A stretch of DNA of 64,000 bases, from positions 2,224 through 66,223 of the forward strand of contig BDTA01000081.1 in NCBI GenBank assembly GCA_002897935.1, read 5' to 3'. Each line of letters opens with the position of its first letter. The first letter of the stretch is position 1. The notes under the pieces are model-generated. The model was not told the origin of the DNA. It was given only the letters and a program-made list of their open reading frames with translations, and made no database searches. Made by a program: the position numbers and the translations under genes. Below are positions 31,483 through 41,467 of this stretch, piece by piece. This stretch comes from a bacterium BMS3Abin08. GTDB lineage: Bacteria; Nitrospirota; Thermodesulfovibrionia; Thermodesulfovibrionales; JdFR-85.

Positions 31483-32712
31483 CTAACGTTTTATGACCGC
31501 CTTCAGGAACCTTCTCTTGCCGACCCTGATGATATACTCACCGGGGGAAAGCGATGTCCCTGCATCGTTCACCTTCTCATCGTTAACCTTGACGCCGCCC
31601 TGTTTTATCAGTCTGATCGCCTCGCTTGTGCTCCTTGTCAGACCGTGGTCTCTGAGTATCCGGGGCAGCCATGCAGGTCCGTCGCCCGGTGTTTCTGAAG
31701 CGTCCTTTTCAGATAAGGACAACTCCACAGACGGTATATCCTCGGGGAGCCCCTTTTCCTTAAAGATCTTCTTGAATTCATCCCTTGCCTCAACGGCAGC
31801 GTCTCTCCCCCGGTAACGTTCGACAATCTCAAGGGCCAAGGTCTCCTTTGCCTCTTTAGGATGAACCTCCCCGGCCCTTATGCCCTTTTTCAGCTTTTCA
31901 AGGTCATCCAGGCTGATATGACTGAGGAGTTCATAGTATCTGAGCATAAGTTCATCCGTTATCGACATAAGCTTTCCATACATCTCCCCCGGGGGTTCCG
32001 TGATCCCGATGTAGTTCCCGAGGCTCTTGCTCATCTTCTTTACGCCGTCCGTCCCCTCCAGAAGGGGCATCAGGACGAGACACTGGGGGGGTTGGCCCTG
32101 TTGTTTCTGTAATTCCCTTCCCACAAGCAGGTTGAACTTCTGGTCGGTTCCTCCCAGTTCAACATCGGCCTCGAGCACCACGGAATCATAGCCCTGAATA
32201 AGGGGATAAAGGAACTCATGGATACTGATGGGGTTCTGAGACTGCCATCTCTGTTTGAAATCCTCCCTTTCAAGCATCCTTGCCACGGTATACCGGCCGG
32301 TCAGCCGGATCAGTTCTTCAGCCGTCATCACGGACATCCAGCGTGAGTTGAACTCGACCCTCGTCCTCTCAGGGTCAAGGATCTTGTATATCTGTTCGCG
32401 ATAGCTTTTTGCATTTTCAAGGACTTCGTCTCTTGTCAGTGGTTTGCGTGTTTCGCTTTTGCCCGAGGGGTCTCCGACCATGCCGGTAAAATCACCTATC
32501 AGGAATATCACCTCATGACCCAATTCCTGGAACTGCCGCATCTTCTCAAGGAGAACCGTGTGGCCTATGTGTATATCAGGTGCCGTGGGATCGAATCCGG
32601 CCTTGATCCTCAGGGGTCTCTTCTCCCGGAGTTTCCCGATCAGTTCATCCTCGATGATTATTTCAACGGAACCCCTGCTTATGATTTCGAGCTGTTTTTC
32701 CGGTTCAAGCAT
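31483..32712 (-). CDS. tyrS: tyrosyl-tRNA synthetase
   Basis: HIGH motif (PDIHIGH), KMSKS present, C-terminal S4-like domain. Confidence 0.94.
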   Translation of the reverse strand: MLEPEKQLEIISRGSVEIIIEDELIGKLREKRPLRIKAGFDPTAPDIHIGHTVLLEKMRQFQELGHEVIFLIGDFTGMVGDPSGKSETRKPLTRDEVLENAKSYREQIYKILDPERTRVEFNSRWMSVMTAEELIRLTGRYTVARMLEREDFKQRWQSQNPISIHEFLYPLIQGYDSVVLEADVELGGTDQKFNLLVGRELQKQQGQPPQCLVLMPLLEGTDGVKKMSKSLGNYIGITEPPGEMYGKLMSITDELMLRYYELLSHISLDDLEKLKKGIRAGEVHPKEAKETLALEIVERYRGRDAAVEARDEFKKIFKEKGLPEDIPSVELSLSEKDASETPGDGPAWLPRILRDHGLTRSTSEAIRLIKQGGVKVNDEKVNDAGTSLSPGEYIIRVGKRRFLKAVIKR

Positions 32713-32772
32713 AGTAGTGTATTATAACCCAAATTGAGCGATTTTATGGCTGTTAGGTACAATGGTATAGGG

Positions 32773-32845
32773 TTTTCACTCATTCTCGTCCCGACATCGG
32801 GTCGGGACTCCGGGTGCGGGTTTTTCCGCCGGCAGGTTTGGGAGA
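32773..32845. repeat. family C repeat, short form lacking the central hairpins
   Basis: ttttcactcattctcgtcccgacatcgggtcgggactccggg matches 48893..48937. The end ggcaggtttgggag matches 49033..49045. Confidence 0.55.
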
Positions 32846-32911
32846 AGCGAAGGGCTTTATTCCCGGGCAGGGGAAGTGATATAATCCTGGGAAGCTTATA
32901 CAGGAGGTAAT

Positions 32912-33835
32912 ATGGCCCCGAAGAGAGACATTCTGGATTTAATCGGCAACACCCCCCTTGTGAGGATCAACCGGGTTGCAGATGAGGACTCCGCAGAAAT
33001 CTACGCAAAGCTTGAAGGGTTCAACCCGGGAGGGTCGCTAAAGGACCGGATAGCGCTCAGCATGATAGAGGCGGCGGAGAGGGAGGGGAAATTAAGCCCA
33101 GGCACTACCATTGTGGAGCCCACAAGCGGGAATACGGGTATCGGTCTTGCCATGGTGGCTGCCGTTAAGGGGTACCGTCTCATACTTGCAATGTCCGAGA
33201 AGATGAGCGTTGAGAGGAGACAGTTGCTCGGGGCCTTTGGAGCGGAACTGATCCTCACCGAGGGTGCAAAGGGCATGCTGGGGGCTGTCTACAAGGCAGA
33301 GGAGTTATGCCTTAAAAACAGGGACTACTTTATGCCGCAACAGTTTGAAAATCCAGCGAATCCCGAGGCTCACAGAAAGACCACTGCTCCGGAGATAATA
33401 AGGGACCTCGGTTCCGTGCCGGATGCCTTTGTTGCAGGAGTTGGTACGGGTGGAACGATAACCGGCGTAGGGGAGGTATTCAGGGCAGAGCGTCGGGACT
33501 GCCGTATTGTTGCCATAGAACCTGCCGCATCCGCCATCCTTTCAGGCGGTGAGCCGGGTCCCCACAGGATTGCAGGGATAGGTGCAGGATTCTACGCCGG
33601 GGTGCTTAATCAGAAGATCTATGATGAGGTGATCCCCGTCAGGGATGAGGATGCAGAGTCGACTGCAAGGGTGCTCTCTTTAAAGGAGGGGATACTTGCC
33701 GGCGTTTCTTCAGGCGCTGCGATGTGGGGTGCGTTGCAGGTGGCAAGGAGGCTTGGCAAGGGTAAAAGGGTGGTTGTTATACTGCCGGACAGGGGTGAAC
33801 GCTACCTGAGCATGGGGCTCTTTGATAGGGCTTGA
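32912..33835 (+). CDS. cysK: cysteine synthase A (O-acetylserine sulfhydrylase)
   Basis: [42 protein letters not shown]. Confidence 0.94.
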   Translation: MAPKRDILDLIGNTPLVRINRVADEDSAEIYAKLEGFNPGGSLKDRIALSMIEAAEREGKLSPGTTIVEPTSGNTGIGLAMVAAVKGYRLILAMSEKMSVERRQLLGAFGAELILTEGAKGMLGAVYKAEELCLKNRDYFMPQQFENPANPEAHRKTTAPEIIRDLGSVPDAFVAGVGTGGTITGVGEVFRAERRDCRIVAIEPAASAILSGGEPGPHRIAGIGAGFYAGVLNQKIYDEVIPVRDEDAESTARVLSLKEGILAGVSSGAAMWGALQVARRLGKGKRVVVILPDRGERYLSMGLFDRA

Positions 33836-35986
33836 CTATCTTTTCACTCTTAAAACGCCTTCGGTGGATGCTATTTTCTGCATTATAACAGCGAGCTGTT
33901 CACGGTCCCTGACCTCGACTATAATTGTCAGGTGTGCCCTTTTGTAGTCTGTTGCATTGGCGGAGAGATGGCTTATATTTACATTCATCGAAGATATAAG
34001 GGCACTCAGGGTTGCAAGGATTCCCGGCTTGTCCAGGGTCTCAACATAGAGCTTTGCCGGTGCAGTTGAATTGTCGGTGGTCATCCATGTTACATCGATC
34101 AGCCTCGCATCATCCACTACCAGCCTGTTTAGATTCGGACAGTCCTCCCTGTGGATTGTAACACCCTTGCCCCTTGTAACAAACCCGACGAGCTGATCTC
34201 CGGGTATGGGATGGCAGCAGTTTGCTATATGGTAAAGTACGTTGTCGATCCCCTTGATACTTATGCCCTTCTGGTCGTCCTTTTTCTTCCGGGGTTTTTT
34301 AATAACGATCTCTTCTTCATCTTTATCTTTCTTGTCCGGAAGGAAGCGGTTGATTACCTGATGGGCTGAAACCTTGCCGTACCCTATGGATACAAGAAGA
34401 TCCTCACTGCTCTTCATGCTGAAGAGTTTTGCGACCTCATCCATTTCCGGAGACTTGATTAGTTTGGGACTCAGTCCCTTTTTCCGCAGCTCTGTTTCAA
34501 GGATACGATGCCCGAGTTCAAGGCTCTGTTTTCTCTCTTCGGACTTAATCCACTGTTTGATCCTGTTTTTTGCCCTCTGCGTGACGACAAAATTAAGCCA
34601 GTCCCTGCTTGGGCCATGGGAGGGCGATGTTACGATCTCGACGGTATCGCCACTCTGCAGGTGGTATCTCAGCGGAATAATCCTTCCGTTCACCTTTGCC
34701 CCTACACACCTGTGTCCTACCTCAGTATGTATGCTGTAAGCAAAATCTATGGGGGTGGACCCCGCAGGGAGTTCCTTGATCTCCCCCCCGGGAGTGAATA
34801 CATAGACTACATCAGGAACAACCTCTCCCTTGACCACCTCGAGAAACTCCTTTGCGTCTCTCAGGTCCTGCTGTGACTGTATCAGTTCCCTCAGCCACTT
34901 TATGTACTTTGCATCCTTCTCAAGTACCCTTCCTCCCTCCTTGTACATCCAGTGGGCCGCAATACCCTCCTCTGCTATCCGGTGCATCTCCTGAGTGCGT
35001 ATCTGGAACTCCACCCGTTCACCCTGTGGTCCTATTACGGACGTGTGCAGGGACTGGTAGAGATTGGACTTCGGGAGGGCTATATAATCCTTGAACCTGC
35101 CGGGAATAGGCTTCCAGAGGGAGTGGATTATCCCAAGTATCTCGTAGCAGTGACCTTTTGTGTCGGTGATAATCCTCAGTCCAAGGACGTCGTATACCTG
35201 GTCGAGGGGGATCTTCTGGGTGATCATCTTTTTGTATATGCCATATAGGTGTTTTACCCGCCCCGACAGGAATCCGGGTATGTTATATTCAATAAGCTTT
35301 TTCCTGATTTTTTTAGAGACCTCATTTATATAGACCTCCTGTTCCTCTCTCCGTTTTGCCACCTTCTTGAGGAGGTTCTTATAGATGTCCGGATATAGGT
35401 ACTTGAAACTGAGGTTCTCAAACTCGACCTTCATCCAGCCGATCCCGAGTCTGTTGGCAAGTGGGGCATATATGTCCAGGGTTTCCTGTGCTATTCTTTT
35501 CTGCTTTGAGGGGGGGAGATACCCCAGTGTCCTCATGTTATGGAGCCTGTCGGCAAACTTTATCAGTATAACCCTGATGTCCTCGGCCATCGCGAGGAAC
35601 ATCTTTCTGAAGTTTTCAGCCTGGGCCTCAAGTTGCGTTTTAAACTGCATCTTTGAAAGCTTTGTGAGCGCTTCCACCAGGAAGGCTACGTCTTCGCCGA
35701 AGATGTCCCTTATATCCCTGAGGTTTGTCTCTGTGTCCTCAACGGTGTCGTGTAGAAGCCCGGCAATAATGCTGGTTGTGTCCATATGCATGTCGGAGAG
35801 GATGGAGGCCACAGAGAGGGGATGATCGATATAGGGTGTTCCCTCTTTCCTTTTCTGGCTGCAGTGGGCCTCATGGGAGAAGAAGTATGCCTTTCTGAGG
35901 AGAGCTGTGTCTGTGCCCGGGGCATATGAGGCAATCTTGTCGGTAAGCTCATCAAGGCTCAGGAGCTTATGTTCTCTTACACGCAT
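33836..35986 (-). CDS. relA: bifunctional (p)ppGpp synthetase/hydrolase
   Basis: 716 aa. HD domain HPLSVASIL...LLHDTVEDT, synthetase DYIALPKSNLYQSLHTSV, TGS and ACT domains. Confidence 0.95.
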   Translation of the reverse strand: MRVREHKLLSLDELTDKIASYAPGTDTALLRKAYFFSHEAHCSQKRKEGTPYIDHPLSVASILSDMHMDTTSIIAGLLHDTVEDTETNLRDIRDIFGEDVAFLVEALTKLSKMQFKTQLEAQAENFRKMFLAMAEDIRVILIKFADRLHNMRTLGYLPPSKQKRIAQETLDIYAPLANRLGIGWMKVEFENLSFKYLYPDIYKNLLKKVAKRREEQEVYINEVSKKIRKKLIEYNIPGFLSGRVKHLYGIYKKMITQKIPLDQVYDVLGLRIITDTKGHCYEILGIIHSLWKPIPGRFKDYIALPKSNLYQSLHTSVIGPQGERVEFQIRTQEMHRIAEEGIAAHWMYKEGGRVLEKDAKYIKWLRELIQSQQDLRDAKEFLEVVKGEVVPDVVYVFTPGGEIKELPAGSTPIDFAYSIHTEVGHRCVGAKVNGRIIPLRYHLQSGDTVEIVTSPSHGPSRDWLNFVVTQRAKNRIKQWIKSEERKQSLELGHRILETELRKKGLSPKLIKSPEMDEVAKLFSMKSSEDLLVSIGYGKVSAHQVINRFLPDKKDKDEEEIVIKKPRKKKDDQKGISIKGIDNVLYHIANCCHPIPGDQLVGFVTRGKGVTIHREDCPNLNRLVVDDARLIDVTWMTTDNSTAPAKLYVETLDKPGILATLSALISSMNVNISHLSANATDYKRAHLTIIVEVRDREQLAVIMQKIASTEGVLRVKR

Positions 35987-36260
35987 ATATTATTATAATA
36001 CACTTACTGTCCAAGATAATCTGAAATGACCTTTTTCTTAGTTAAAACCTTTTGAAATTTAAAGTTTTTTGGACAGGTTTGTTCCATCTTCAGAATCAGG
36101 CCGCCTTCTGCTGACAAATGCTGTCCGGAACAACCCACCATAAAACTCATGTTCGACAGGCCTGATTATAATAGTTTTCCCGATACTTTTAGGAAGGGAA
36201 TAGTTTCCCCATAGGCAGGGGCTTTTTTGTATAATATTGAAAAACTTGACCGGAGTTGTC

Positions 36261-36473
36261 ATGGAATGTATCAGCAAGGTTAATCTACAGAAGTGCAACT
36301 GCTCCTACGCGTCCTGCTCAAGAAGGGGTAAATGTTGTGAATGTCTTCATTATCACAGGAGGCTTGGCGAACTGCCGGCATGCGTGTTTCATGAGGATTA
36401 CGAAAGGAGCTATGACCGTTCTGTTGAAAACTTTATCAGGATGGTCGGCAGCATGGGGATGAGGACCTCATAA
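36261..36473 (+). CDS. small Cys-rich cytoplasmic protein (conserved hypothetical)
   Basis: MECISKVNLQKCNCSYASCSRRGKCCECLHYHRRLGELPACVF: CxC-x5-C-x5-CCxC-x2-H-x10-C pattern seen in a widespread uncharacterised family. Start uncertain (36237 or 36261). Confidence 0.6.
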   Translation: MECISKVNLQKCNCSYASCSRRGKCCECLHYHRRLGELPACVFHEDYERSYDRSVENFIRMVGSMGMRTS

Positions 36474-36579
36474 TTGCGTTATAAGAGTATTGTAACTACT
36501 CAGGTCTCCCCCTTTGGAAAGGGGGGGATTATAGGGCTGAGCAGCTACAAAGTGTCAACGAATAACCGGTCATGGGTTG

Positions 36580-36651
36580 CAATGCAAGGAATGTAATTAA
36601 TCAAAAATTCCTTGCATTGGCAAGCCCCGACCTTTGGTCGGAGAGCTTCAC
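36580..36651. repeat. family A repeat, right-half unit, abutting tRNA-Leu 5' end
   Basis: caatgcaaggaatgtaattaatcaaaaattccttgcattggcaagccccgacctttggtcggagagcttcac. Confidence 0.8.
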
Positions 36652-36658
36652 AACATTT

Positions 36659-36744
36659 GCCGGAGTGGTGGAATGGCAGACGCGGCGGACTCAAAATCCG
36701 CTGGGGGTAACCCCGTGCGGGTTCAAATCCCGCCTCCGGCACCA
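36659..36744 (+). tRNA. tRNA-Leu (anticodon CAA), CCA encoded
   Basis: Acceptor GCCGGAG/CTCCGGC, anticodon loop CT-CAA-AA on stem gcgga/tccgc, long variable arm, T-arm gcggg-ttcaaat-cccgc. Confidence 0.93.
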
Positions 36745-36756
36745 ACCAGGATTAAT

Positions 36757-36810
36757 GTGAAGCTCCCCGACCAAAGGTCGGGGCTTCCGAATAAGGAATA
36801 TTGATTTATT
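36757..36810. repeat. family A repeat, right-half unit, inverted orientation, after tRNA-Leu
   Basis: gtgaagctccccgaccaaaggtcggggctt is the reverse complement of 36622..36651 with one mismatch. Confidence 0.8.
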
Positions 36811-36990
36811 TATATAGCCGGCATTCATCCCCGATCAAAGATTCGAGGCGTTCAGCCGGCATCCTCGTAGAAGGGTTTGTCATGCCCCGAAAGCGTTCGA
36901 GGCGGGCGGTTATGTAAGGGTTGCTGTGTTTAGCCGAAGTAATAATTTCTCTGAACTGCTGAATTCAGGGAAGGTCACCCCGGGGGATTT

Positions 36991-37509
36991 ATGAGGAATT
37001 TAAGCAATGGCGGAAAATTCATAGTAGCGTGTTTCATGTTTTTTATCACCGTTGAAGTCCTTCCATCTCCCTGGGCGATAGAAAGCCTTGTTGATGAAAG
37101 AGCGCCGGGTTTCACACTCAGGAGCCTGGATGGGAAAGAGCACAGCCTGTTTGATTTTAAAGGCAAAGTCCTGATACTGAACTTCTGGGCTTCCTGGTGT
37201 CCACCCTGCAGGAAAGAGATCCCCGAACTTCAGAAGCTGCAGGGATTATATAGAGGTAAAAAAGTTGCTGTAGTGGCGGTCTCAACGGACAGAACACTTG
37301 CAGATGTAAGGGCGTTTCTGGCGAAGCACCCACTTACAATTACGGTCCTGCACGATAGTGAATTAAAGGTATGGCGGAAATACAAGGTCTTTTCCCTGCC
37401 TACGAGCTTTCTGATAGACGGAAAGGGTACTATTGTAAAGAAGTTTCTTGGTAAGACGGACTGGATGAGTCCTGAAATCAAGAGGCAGATTGACGAACTC
37501 CTCTTTTAG
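36991..37509 (+). CDS. TlpA/ResA-like thiol:disulfide oxidoreductase (secreted thioredoxin fold)
   Basis: Signal/anchor, then FWASWCPPCRKEIPEL active site. Confidence 0.85.
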   Translation: MRNLSNGGKFIVACFMFFITVEVLPSPWAIESLVDERAPGFTLRSLDGKEHSLFDFKGKVLILNFWASWCPPCRKEIPELQKLQGLYRGKKVAVVAVSTDRTLADVRAFLAKHPLTITVLHDSELKVWRKYKVFSLPTSFLIDGKGTIVKKFLGKTDWMSPEIKRQIDELLF

Positions 37510-37510
37510 G

Positions 37511-37885
37511 ATGGGGACCACTATCGTTATAAAATCAGCCTCTGTCAGCCTCGATGGGGAGCTTTTTGATACCCCCTCAGGAAGGGCGGTTGCCGGAATC
37601 CTTCCCATCGATACGGAGTTTAACGTCTGGGGTGACGAGTTTTATTTCCGGGTTCCCCTGGATCTGCCTCTTGATGAAACGGCAACGACGGATGTGCATG
37701 TTGGTGATATCGGTTACTGGCCGGCCGGTCAGGCAATCGCCATTTTTTTCGGTCCTACACCGATGAGTGATGGTCCTGATCCGGTACCTGCAAGTGAGGT
37801 CAACTTGATAGGCAGGATCTATGGTGATGCAAGGGAACTGATCGAGGCAAAGTCTGCAGAGAGGTTAACCATCAGCAGGAAGTAG
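37511..37885 (+). CDS. cyclophilin-like fold protein (TM1367-like, function unknown)
   Basis: ASVSLDGELFDTPSGRAVAGILPIDTEFNVWGDEFYFRVP...GDIGYWPAGQAIAIFFGPTP pattern. ATG at 37511 preferred over track start 37490. Confidence 0.6.
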   Translation: MGTTIVIKSASVSLDGELFDTPSGRAVAGILPIDTEFNVWGDEFYFRVPLDLPLDETATTDVHVGDIGYWPAGQAIAIFFGPTPMSDGPDPVPASEVNLIGRIYGDARELIEAKSAERLTISRK

Positions 37886-38026
37886 CCCTTTAAACGCCGC
37901 ACCCATGCAATTTTTTTATCGCTGTTTCCCCGGGTTCATGACACACAGCAGCCTTAGCCGCCAATTTGATATAATAAAAACCCATTAACGGGGTTCCGGA
38001 TTCTCAATGACTGGAGATGGGATGCT

Positions 38027-38085
38027 TACAATGCACCTTGCCGAAAGCCCCGGCTTTAGGCCGGGGATGAAGGCAATGAATGTAA
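38027..38085. repeat. family A repeat, left half (interrupted)
   Basis: tacaatgcaccttgccgaaagccccggctttaggccggggatgaaggcaatgaatgtaa. Confidence 0.8.
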
Positions 38086-38233
38086 GTAGAGTTTGTGTAT
38101 AAATTGCCGTTTTTTATTTTTGTCATGCCCGAAGTTTGTAATCGGGCATCCAGAACTTATTGAAAAGAATAGATTCCGGCTTAAGGACTGCCGGAATGAC
38201 AGATAGAGAGACTGACTTTATACACAGACTCTA
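38086..38233. mobile_element. family B1 MITE-like element inserted in family A
   Basis: Termini gtagagtttgtgtataaa / tttatacacagactcta. Interior hairpins atgcccga..tcgggcat and attccggc..gccggaat. Confidence 0.8.
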
Positions 38234-38288
38234 ATTAATCAAATTTTCCTTACATTGGCAAGCTCCGCCTTTGGTCGGAGAGCTTGAC
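38234..38288. repeat. family A repeat, right half (resumes after B1)
   Basis: attaatcaaattttccttacattggcaagctccgcctttggtcggagagcttgac. Confidence 0.8.
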
Positions 38289-38322
38289 TTGAAAATTATT
38301 TTTAAATCAAAGGAGTTTTTTG

Positions 38323-39204
38323 ATGAAAGCAAAAAAGGTTCTGAAACTCGGGCTTCCAAAGGGAAGTCTTCAGGAATCCACCCTCAAGCTTTTCAGGAAG
38401 GCGGGATATCAGATACGCGTTTCCCACCGTTCATATTATCCTTCTATTGACGATGGCGAGATCCAGCCGATGTTGATAAGGGCCCAGGAGATGGCCCGGT
38501 ACGTGGAATCCGGAATCCTCGATTGCGGTCTGACGGGGTATGACTGGGTACTTGAGCAGAATGCCGATGTTATGGAGCTTGCCGAACTCAACTATGCAAA
38601 AGAGGGGCTGAAACCTGTCAGATGGGTTGTTGCCGTTCCCAATGATTCAAAGATAAAGTCCCTGAAGGGCCTCAATGGTAAAAGGATTGCTACGGAGCTG
38701 GTGGGCTATACAAAACGCTATCTCAAGGCGAAGGGAATAAAGGCGCAGATTGATTTTTCCTGGGGTGCCACGGAGGTTAAACCACCCTATCTTGCTGATG
38801 CAATTGTTGAGCTTACCGAGACAGGCACTTCCCTCAGGGCTAACAACCTTCGCATTGTTGAGACTATTCTTGAGTCTACAACAAGGTTCATTGTTAATAA
38901 GAAGGTATGGAAAGACACCTGGAAACGCAGGAAGATGGAAAATATCGTGATGCTGATAAGAGGTGCACTTGCGGCGGAGGAGAGGGTTGGTCTTAAGATG
39001 AACGTGTCGGAGGGGCAGCTTAAGCGTATCCTTTCGTTGCTTCCAGCCATGCATTCACCTACTATTTCAAACCTCTCGGATGTGCAGTGGTATGCTATTG
39101 ATGTGGTAATAGAGGAGAGGCTGGTAAGGGATCTTATACCAAAACTGAAAAAGGCCGGGGCAACGGGGATTGTGGAGTATCAGCTCAATAAAGTTATCCC
39201 GTGA
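38323..39204 (+). CDS. hisG: ATP phosphoribosyltransferase, long form
   Basis: [51 protein letters not shown]-terminal regulatory-domain length (about 293 aa). Confidence 0.85.
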   Translation: MKAKKVLKLGLPKGSLQESTLKLFRKAGYQIRVSHRSYYPSIDDGEIQPMLIRAQEMARYVESGILDCGLTGYDWVLEQNADVMELAELNYAKEGLKPVRWVVAVPNDSKIKSLKGLNGKRIATELVGYTKRYLKAKGIKAQIDFSWGATEVKPPYLADAIVELTETGTSLRANNLRIVETILESTTRFIVNKKVWKDTWKRRKMENIVMLIRGALAAEERVGLKMNVSEGQLKRILSLLPAMHSPTISNLSDVQWYAIDVVIEERLVRDLIPKLKKAGATGIVEYQLNKVIP

Positions 39205-39211
39205 AGACAGG

Positions 39212-39643
39212 ATGAACAGGGTTTTCGTCACTTTCCTGTTGTTGTTCTCCGTCACAATCTCTTCCTGTAATTTCAGGCCGGTCTATAATGCACCGAAGTT
39301 AAAAGGTGCCATGGTAGTGATTGACGCCTTAGGCCTTAAGGATGCCAAACCGGAATTCTATACTGTTTCTTTCAAGGATGGCAGGGTGAGTTTTTTTGTC
39401 CTGAGGCTCGGGGATTTGGTTAAGGCATATCTCGATGCATGTATGAAGTGTTATCCCCGCAAGATGGGGTACCGTGTTAACGGGTTTTACCTCCAGTGCA
39501 GGTTCTGTAATGTGAGTTACCCCATCGATAGTCTTAAAACAGGCGTGGGGAGCTGTTTCCCCGTGCCGCTGAAAGGGGAACTGAGGAGTAAAGAGTATGT
39601 GATTCCCCTGAAGGAGTTGAAGGATGCATTGAGGTATTTCTGA
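39212..39643 (+). CDS. Cys-rich lipoprotein (DUF2318-like)
   Basis: Lipobox LLLFSVTISSC, then CMKCYPRKMGY...LQCRFCNVSYP...GSCFPVPL. ATG at 39212 preferred over track start 39170, which overlaps hisG. Confidence 0.6.
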   Translation: MNRVFVTFLLLFSVTISSCNFRPVYNAPKLKGAMVVIDALGLKDAKPEFYTVSFKDGRVSFFVLRLGDLVKAYLDACMKCYPRKMGYRVNGFYLQCRFCNVSYPIDSLKTGVGSCFPVPLKGELRSKEYVIPLKELKDALRYF

Positions 39644-39699
39644 AAGACCGGCTTGCAGGTATTGCAAATCAGATCATCCAAGGAGGTTAGGCAGAAACA

Positions 39700-40614
39700 A
39701 TGGGGTTTTTTGACCGGTTGAAAGATGGGCTCACCAAGACGCGGCAGGGCTTTATTGGCCGGGTTGAGGATGTTTTCAGGGGCAGGAAGATAGATGATGC
39801 AACGGTTGATGAATTTGAAGAGATTCTTATAACCTCTGATATCGGCATGGAGGCGACGGCTGCGATTATTGAAGACCTGAGAAGTCAGGTCAGGAAGGGC
39901 GCGATAAAGGATTATGAAGGGTTGAAGGGGTTTTTAAGGGAGGAGATGTTGAGAATCCTGGGCCTTCCACAGCCCTTTGTCCTCTATCAGGAGCGGCCGT
40001 TCGTGGTCCTGACGGTAGGCGTAAATGGTGTGGGTAAGACCACAACAATCGGCAAGCTTGCAAGCAGACTGACTTCTGAGGGGCACGGGGTTATAATCGC
40101 CGCATCGGATACCTTCAGGGCTGCTGCAATTGAGCAGCTTGAGATATGGGCTGAGAGATCAGGAGCCCAGCTTGTGAGGCACCAGAGTGGTTCAGATCCG
40201 GCTGCTGTTGCCTTTGATGCGGTTGAGGCAGCAAAGGCCAGGGGTGTGGATGTGGTGATCGTTGATACTGCCGGGCGTCTCCATACAAAGTCTCCCCTGA
40301 TGGAAGAATTGAAGAAGATAAAGCGGGTTATCCACAGGTCCGTGCCGGGGGCGCCTCATGAAACACTGCTCGTTGTTGATGCAACAACAGGACAGAACGC
40401 CTTGAGACAGGCCAAGGTCTTCAATGATGCGATCGGTATTACCGGGATTGCCCTTACAAAGCTTGATGGGACTTCAAGGGGTGGGATTGTCTTTGCGATT
40501 AAAAAGGAACTGAATATACCGGTGAGGCTGATCGGTGTGGGCGAGGGGGTAGAGGATCTGAGGGATTTTATCCCCCGGGAGTTTGTGGATGCCCTCCTTG
40601 GAAATGAAGACTGA
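39700..40614 (+). CDS. ftsY: signal recognition particle receptor FtsY
   Basis: GVNGVGKTTTIGKLA, DTFRAAA, DTAGRLH, TKLDGTSRGG. Confidence 0.95.
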   Translation: MGFFDRLKDGLTKTRQGFIGRVEDVFRGRKIDDATVDEFEEILITSDIGMEATAAIIEDLRSQVRKGAIKDYEGLKGFLREEMLRILGLPQPFVLYQERPFVVLTVGVNGVGKTTTIGKLASRLTSEGHGVIIAASDTFRAAAIEQLEIWAERSGAQLVRHQSGSDPAAVAFDAVEAAKARGVDVVIVDTAGRLHTKSPLMEELKKIKRVIHRSVPGAPHETLLVVDATTGQNALRQAKVFNDAIGITGIALTKLDGTSRGGIVFAIKKELNIPVRLIGVGEGVEDLRDFIPREFVDALLGNED

Positions 40615-40746
40615 TCGGCATATCCCCGCTGTAAATCAAATAGTCGCTTGTTTGAGGTTTGCAGTACCTGCATGACGCTGATGCCCGGTTCCGTTCTTTC
40701 ATAACGGGGGCGGTCCTGCAGGAGAGAAGTATGTCAATGAACCCTG

Positions 40747-41241
40747 TCACCTCTTCCTTGAGAACTCCCCGCTCTTGCCGCCCCTCTTTTCCAGGAGCAT
40801 GGTATCGTTTATTACCATCTCCCGGTCAACGGCCTTGCACATGTCATAGATGGTGAGGGCTGCAACGGATGCAGCAGTAAGCGCCTCCATCTCAACGCCG
40901 GTCTGCCCTGTGACCCTTGCCGTTGCGGTTATGATTACCGAGTTTTTCTCATCATCGATCGAGAAATCAACCGAGACAGAGCTTATATTCAGGGGGTGAC
41001 AGAGAGGGATCAGTTCCGGGGTCTTCTTGGCAGCCATTATCCCGGCTATACGGGCAACCTGGAGGACATCACCCTTGGCAACCCTGTTTTCCTTGATGAG
41101 GGCAAGGGTCCGGGGTTTCATGTTCACCGTGGCGGTGGCCACGGCCTCACGCAGGGTGCCGGGTTTCCCGGAGACATCAACCATCCTTGCCCTGCCTTTT
41201 TTATCCGTGTGGGTTAGTTCTGACATTGATTGAGTTTTCAA
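40747..41241 (-). CDS. moaC: cyclic pyranopterin monophosphate synthase MoaC
   Basis: [71 protein letters not shown]. Confidence 0.94.
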   Translation of the reverse strand: MKTQSMSELTHTDKKGRARMVDVSGKPGTLREAVATATVNMKPRTLALIKENRVAKGDVLQVARIAGIMAAKKTPELIPLCHPLNISSVSVDFSIDDEKNSVIITATARVTGQTGVEMEALTAASVAALTIYDMCKAVDREMVINDTMLLEKRGGKSGEFSRKR

Positions 41242-41380
41242 TACCCCGCCGTCACTGCGGCTGGGAGGTTCATCAGTATCTGTTCATAAACCCGCCATTG
41301 TCATGATGAACCTGGTTCATCATCTCATGAGACACTGAAACGAGTTCAGTGTGACAGGTTCGAGATACCATGAGTCAGTA

Positions 41381-41467
41381 TGGTGCCGAAGGGGGGATTC
41401 GAACCCCCACGGAGTTGCCCCCACAAGATCCTGAATCTTGCGTGTCTGCCAATTCCACCACTTCGGC
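41381..41467 (-). tRNA. tRNA-Leu (anticodon CAG), CCA encoded
   Basis: Reverse complement gccgaagtggtggaattggcagacacgcaagattcaggatcttgtgggggcaactccgtgggggttcgaatccccccttcggcacca. Acceptor GCCGAAG/CTTCGGC, loop TT-CAG-GA, long variable arm. Confidence 0.92.

Noticed and set aside
32713-32911. T-box leader for tyrS (also considered for aspS, 19196..19378)
   Set aside because: The leaders are too short, and they lack the specifier-loop and T-box sequence architecture. The tyrS upstream region is instead occupied by a family C repeat fragment.
36059-36298. 79-aa minus-strand ORF between relA and the Cys-rich gene
   Set aside because: It has no motif, overlaps the start of the plus-strand Cys-rich gene, and lies in an AT-rich promoter region.
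36545-36760. ORFs 36545..36745 (minus) and 36572..36760 (plus)
   Set aside because: They translate across tRNA-Leu(CAA) and its flanking repeats. The peptide EAGFEPARG is the classic antisense-tRNA artefact.
38283-38288. Outward-facing TTGACT at the end of family A as a mobile -35 promoter box for hisG and the M23 peptidase
   Set aside because: No suitably spaced -10 hexamer follows. Other copies have TTTACA or TTCACA facing a convergent gene or sit only 8 nt from a tRNA. The idea is not supported by sequence alone.
41242-41380. Moco riboswitch upstream of moaC
   Set aside because: I could not recognise the conserved Moco motif by eye. The CCTCCCAGCCGCAG segment is duplicated on the other side of the tRNA, which argues for a repeat. 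This needs cmscan to settle.
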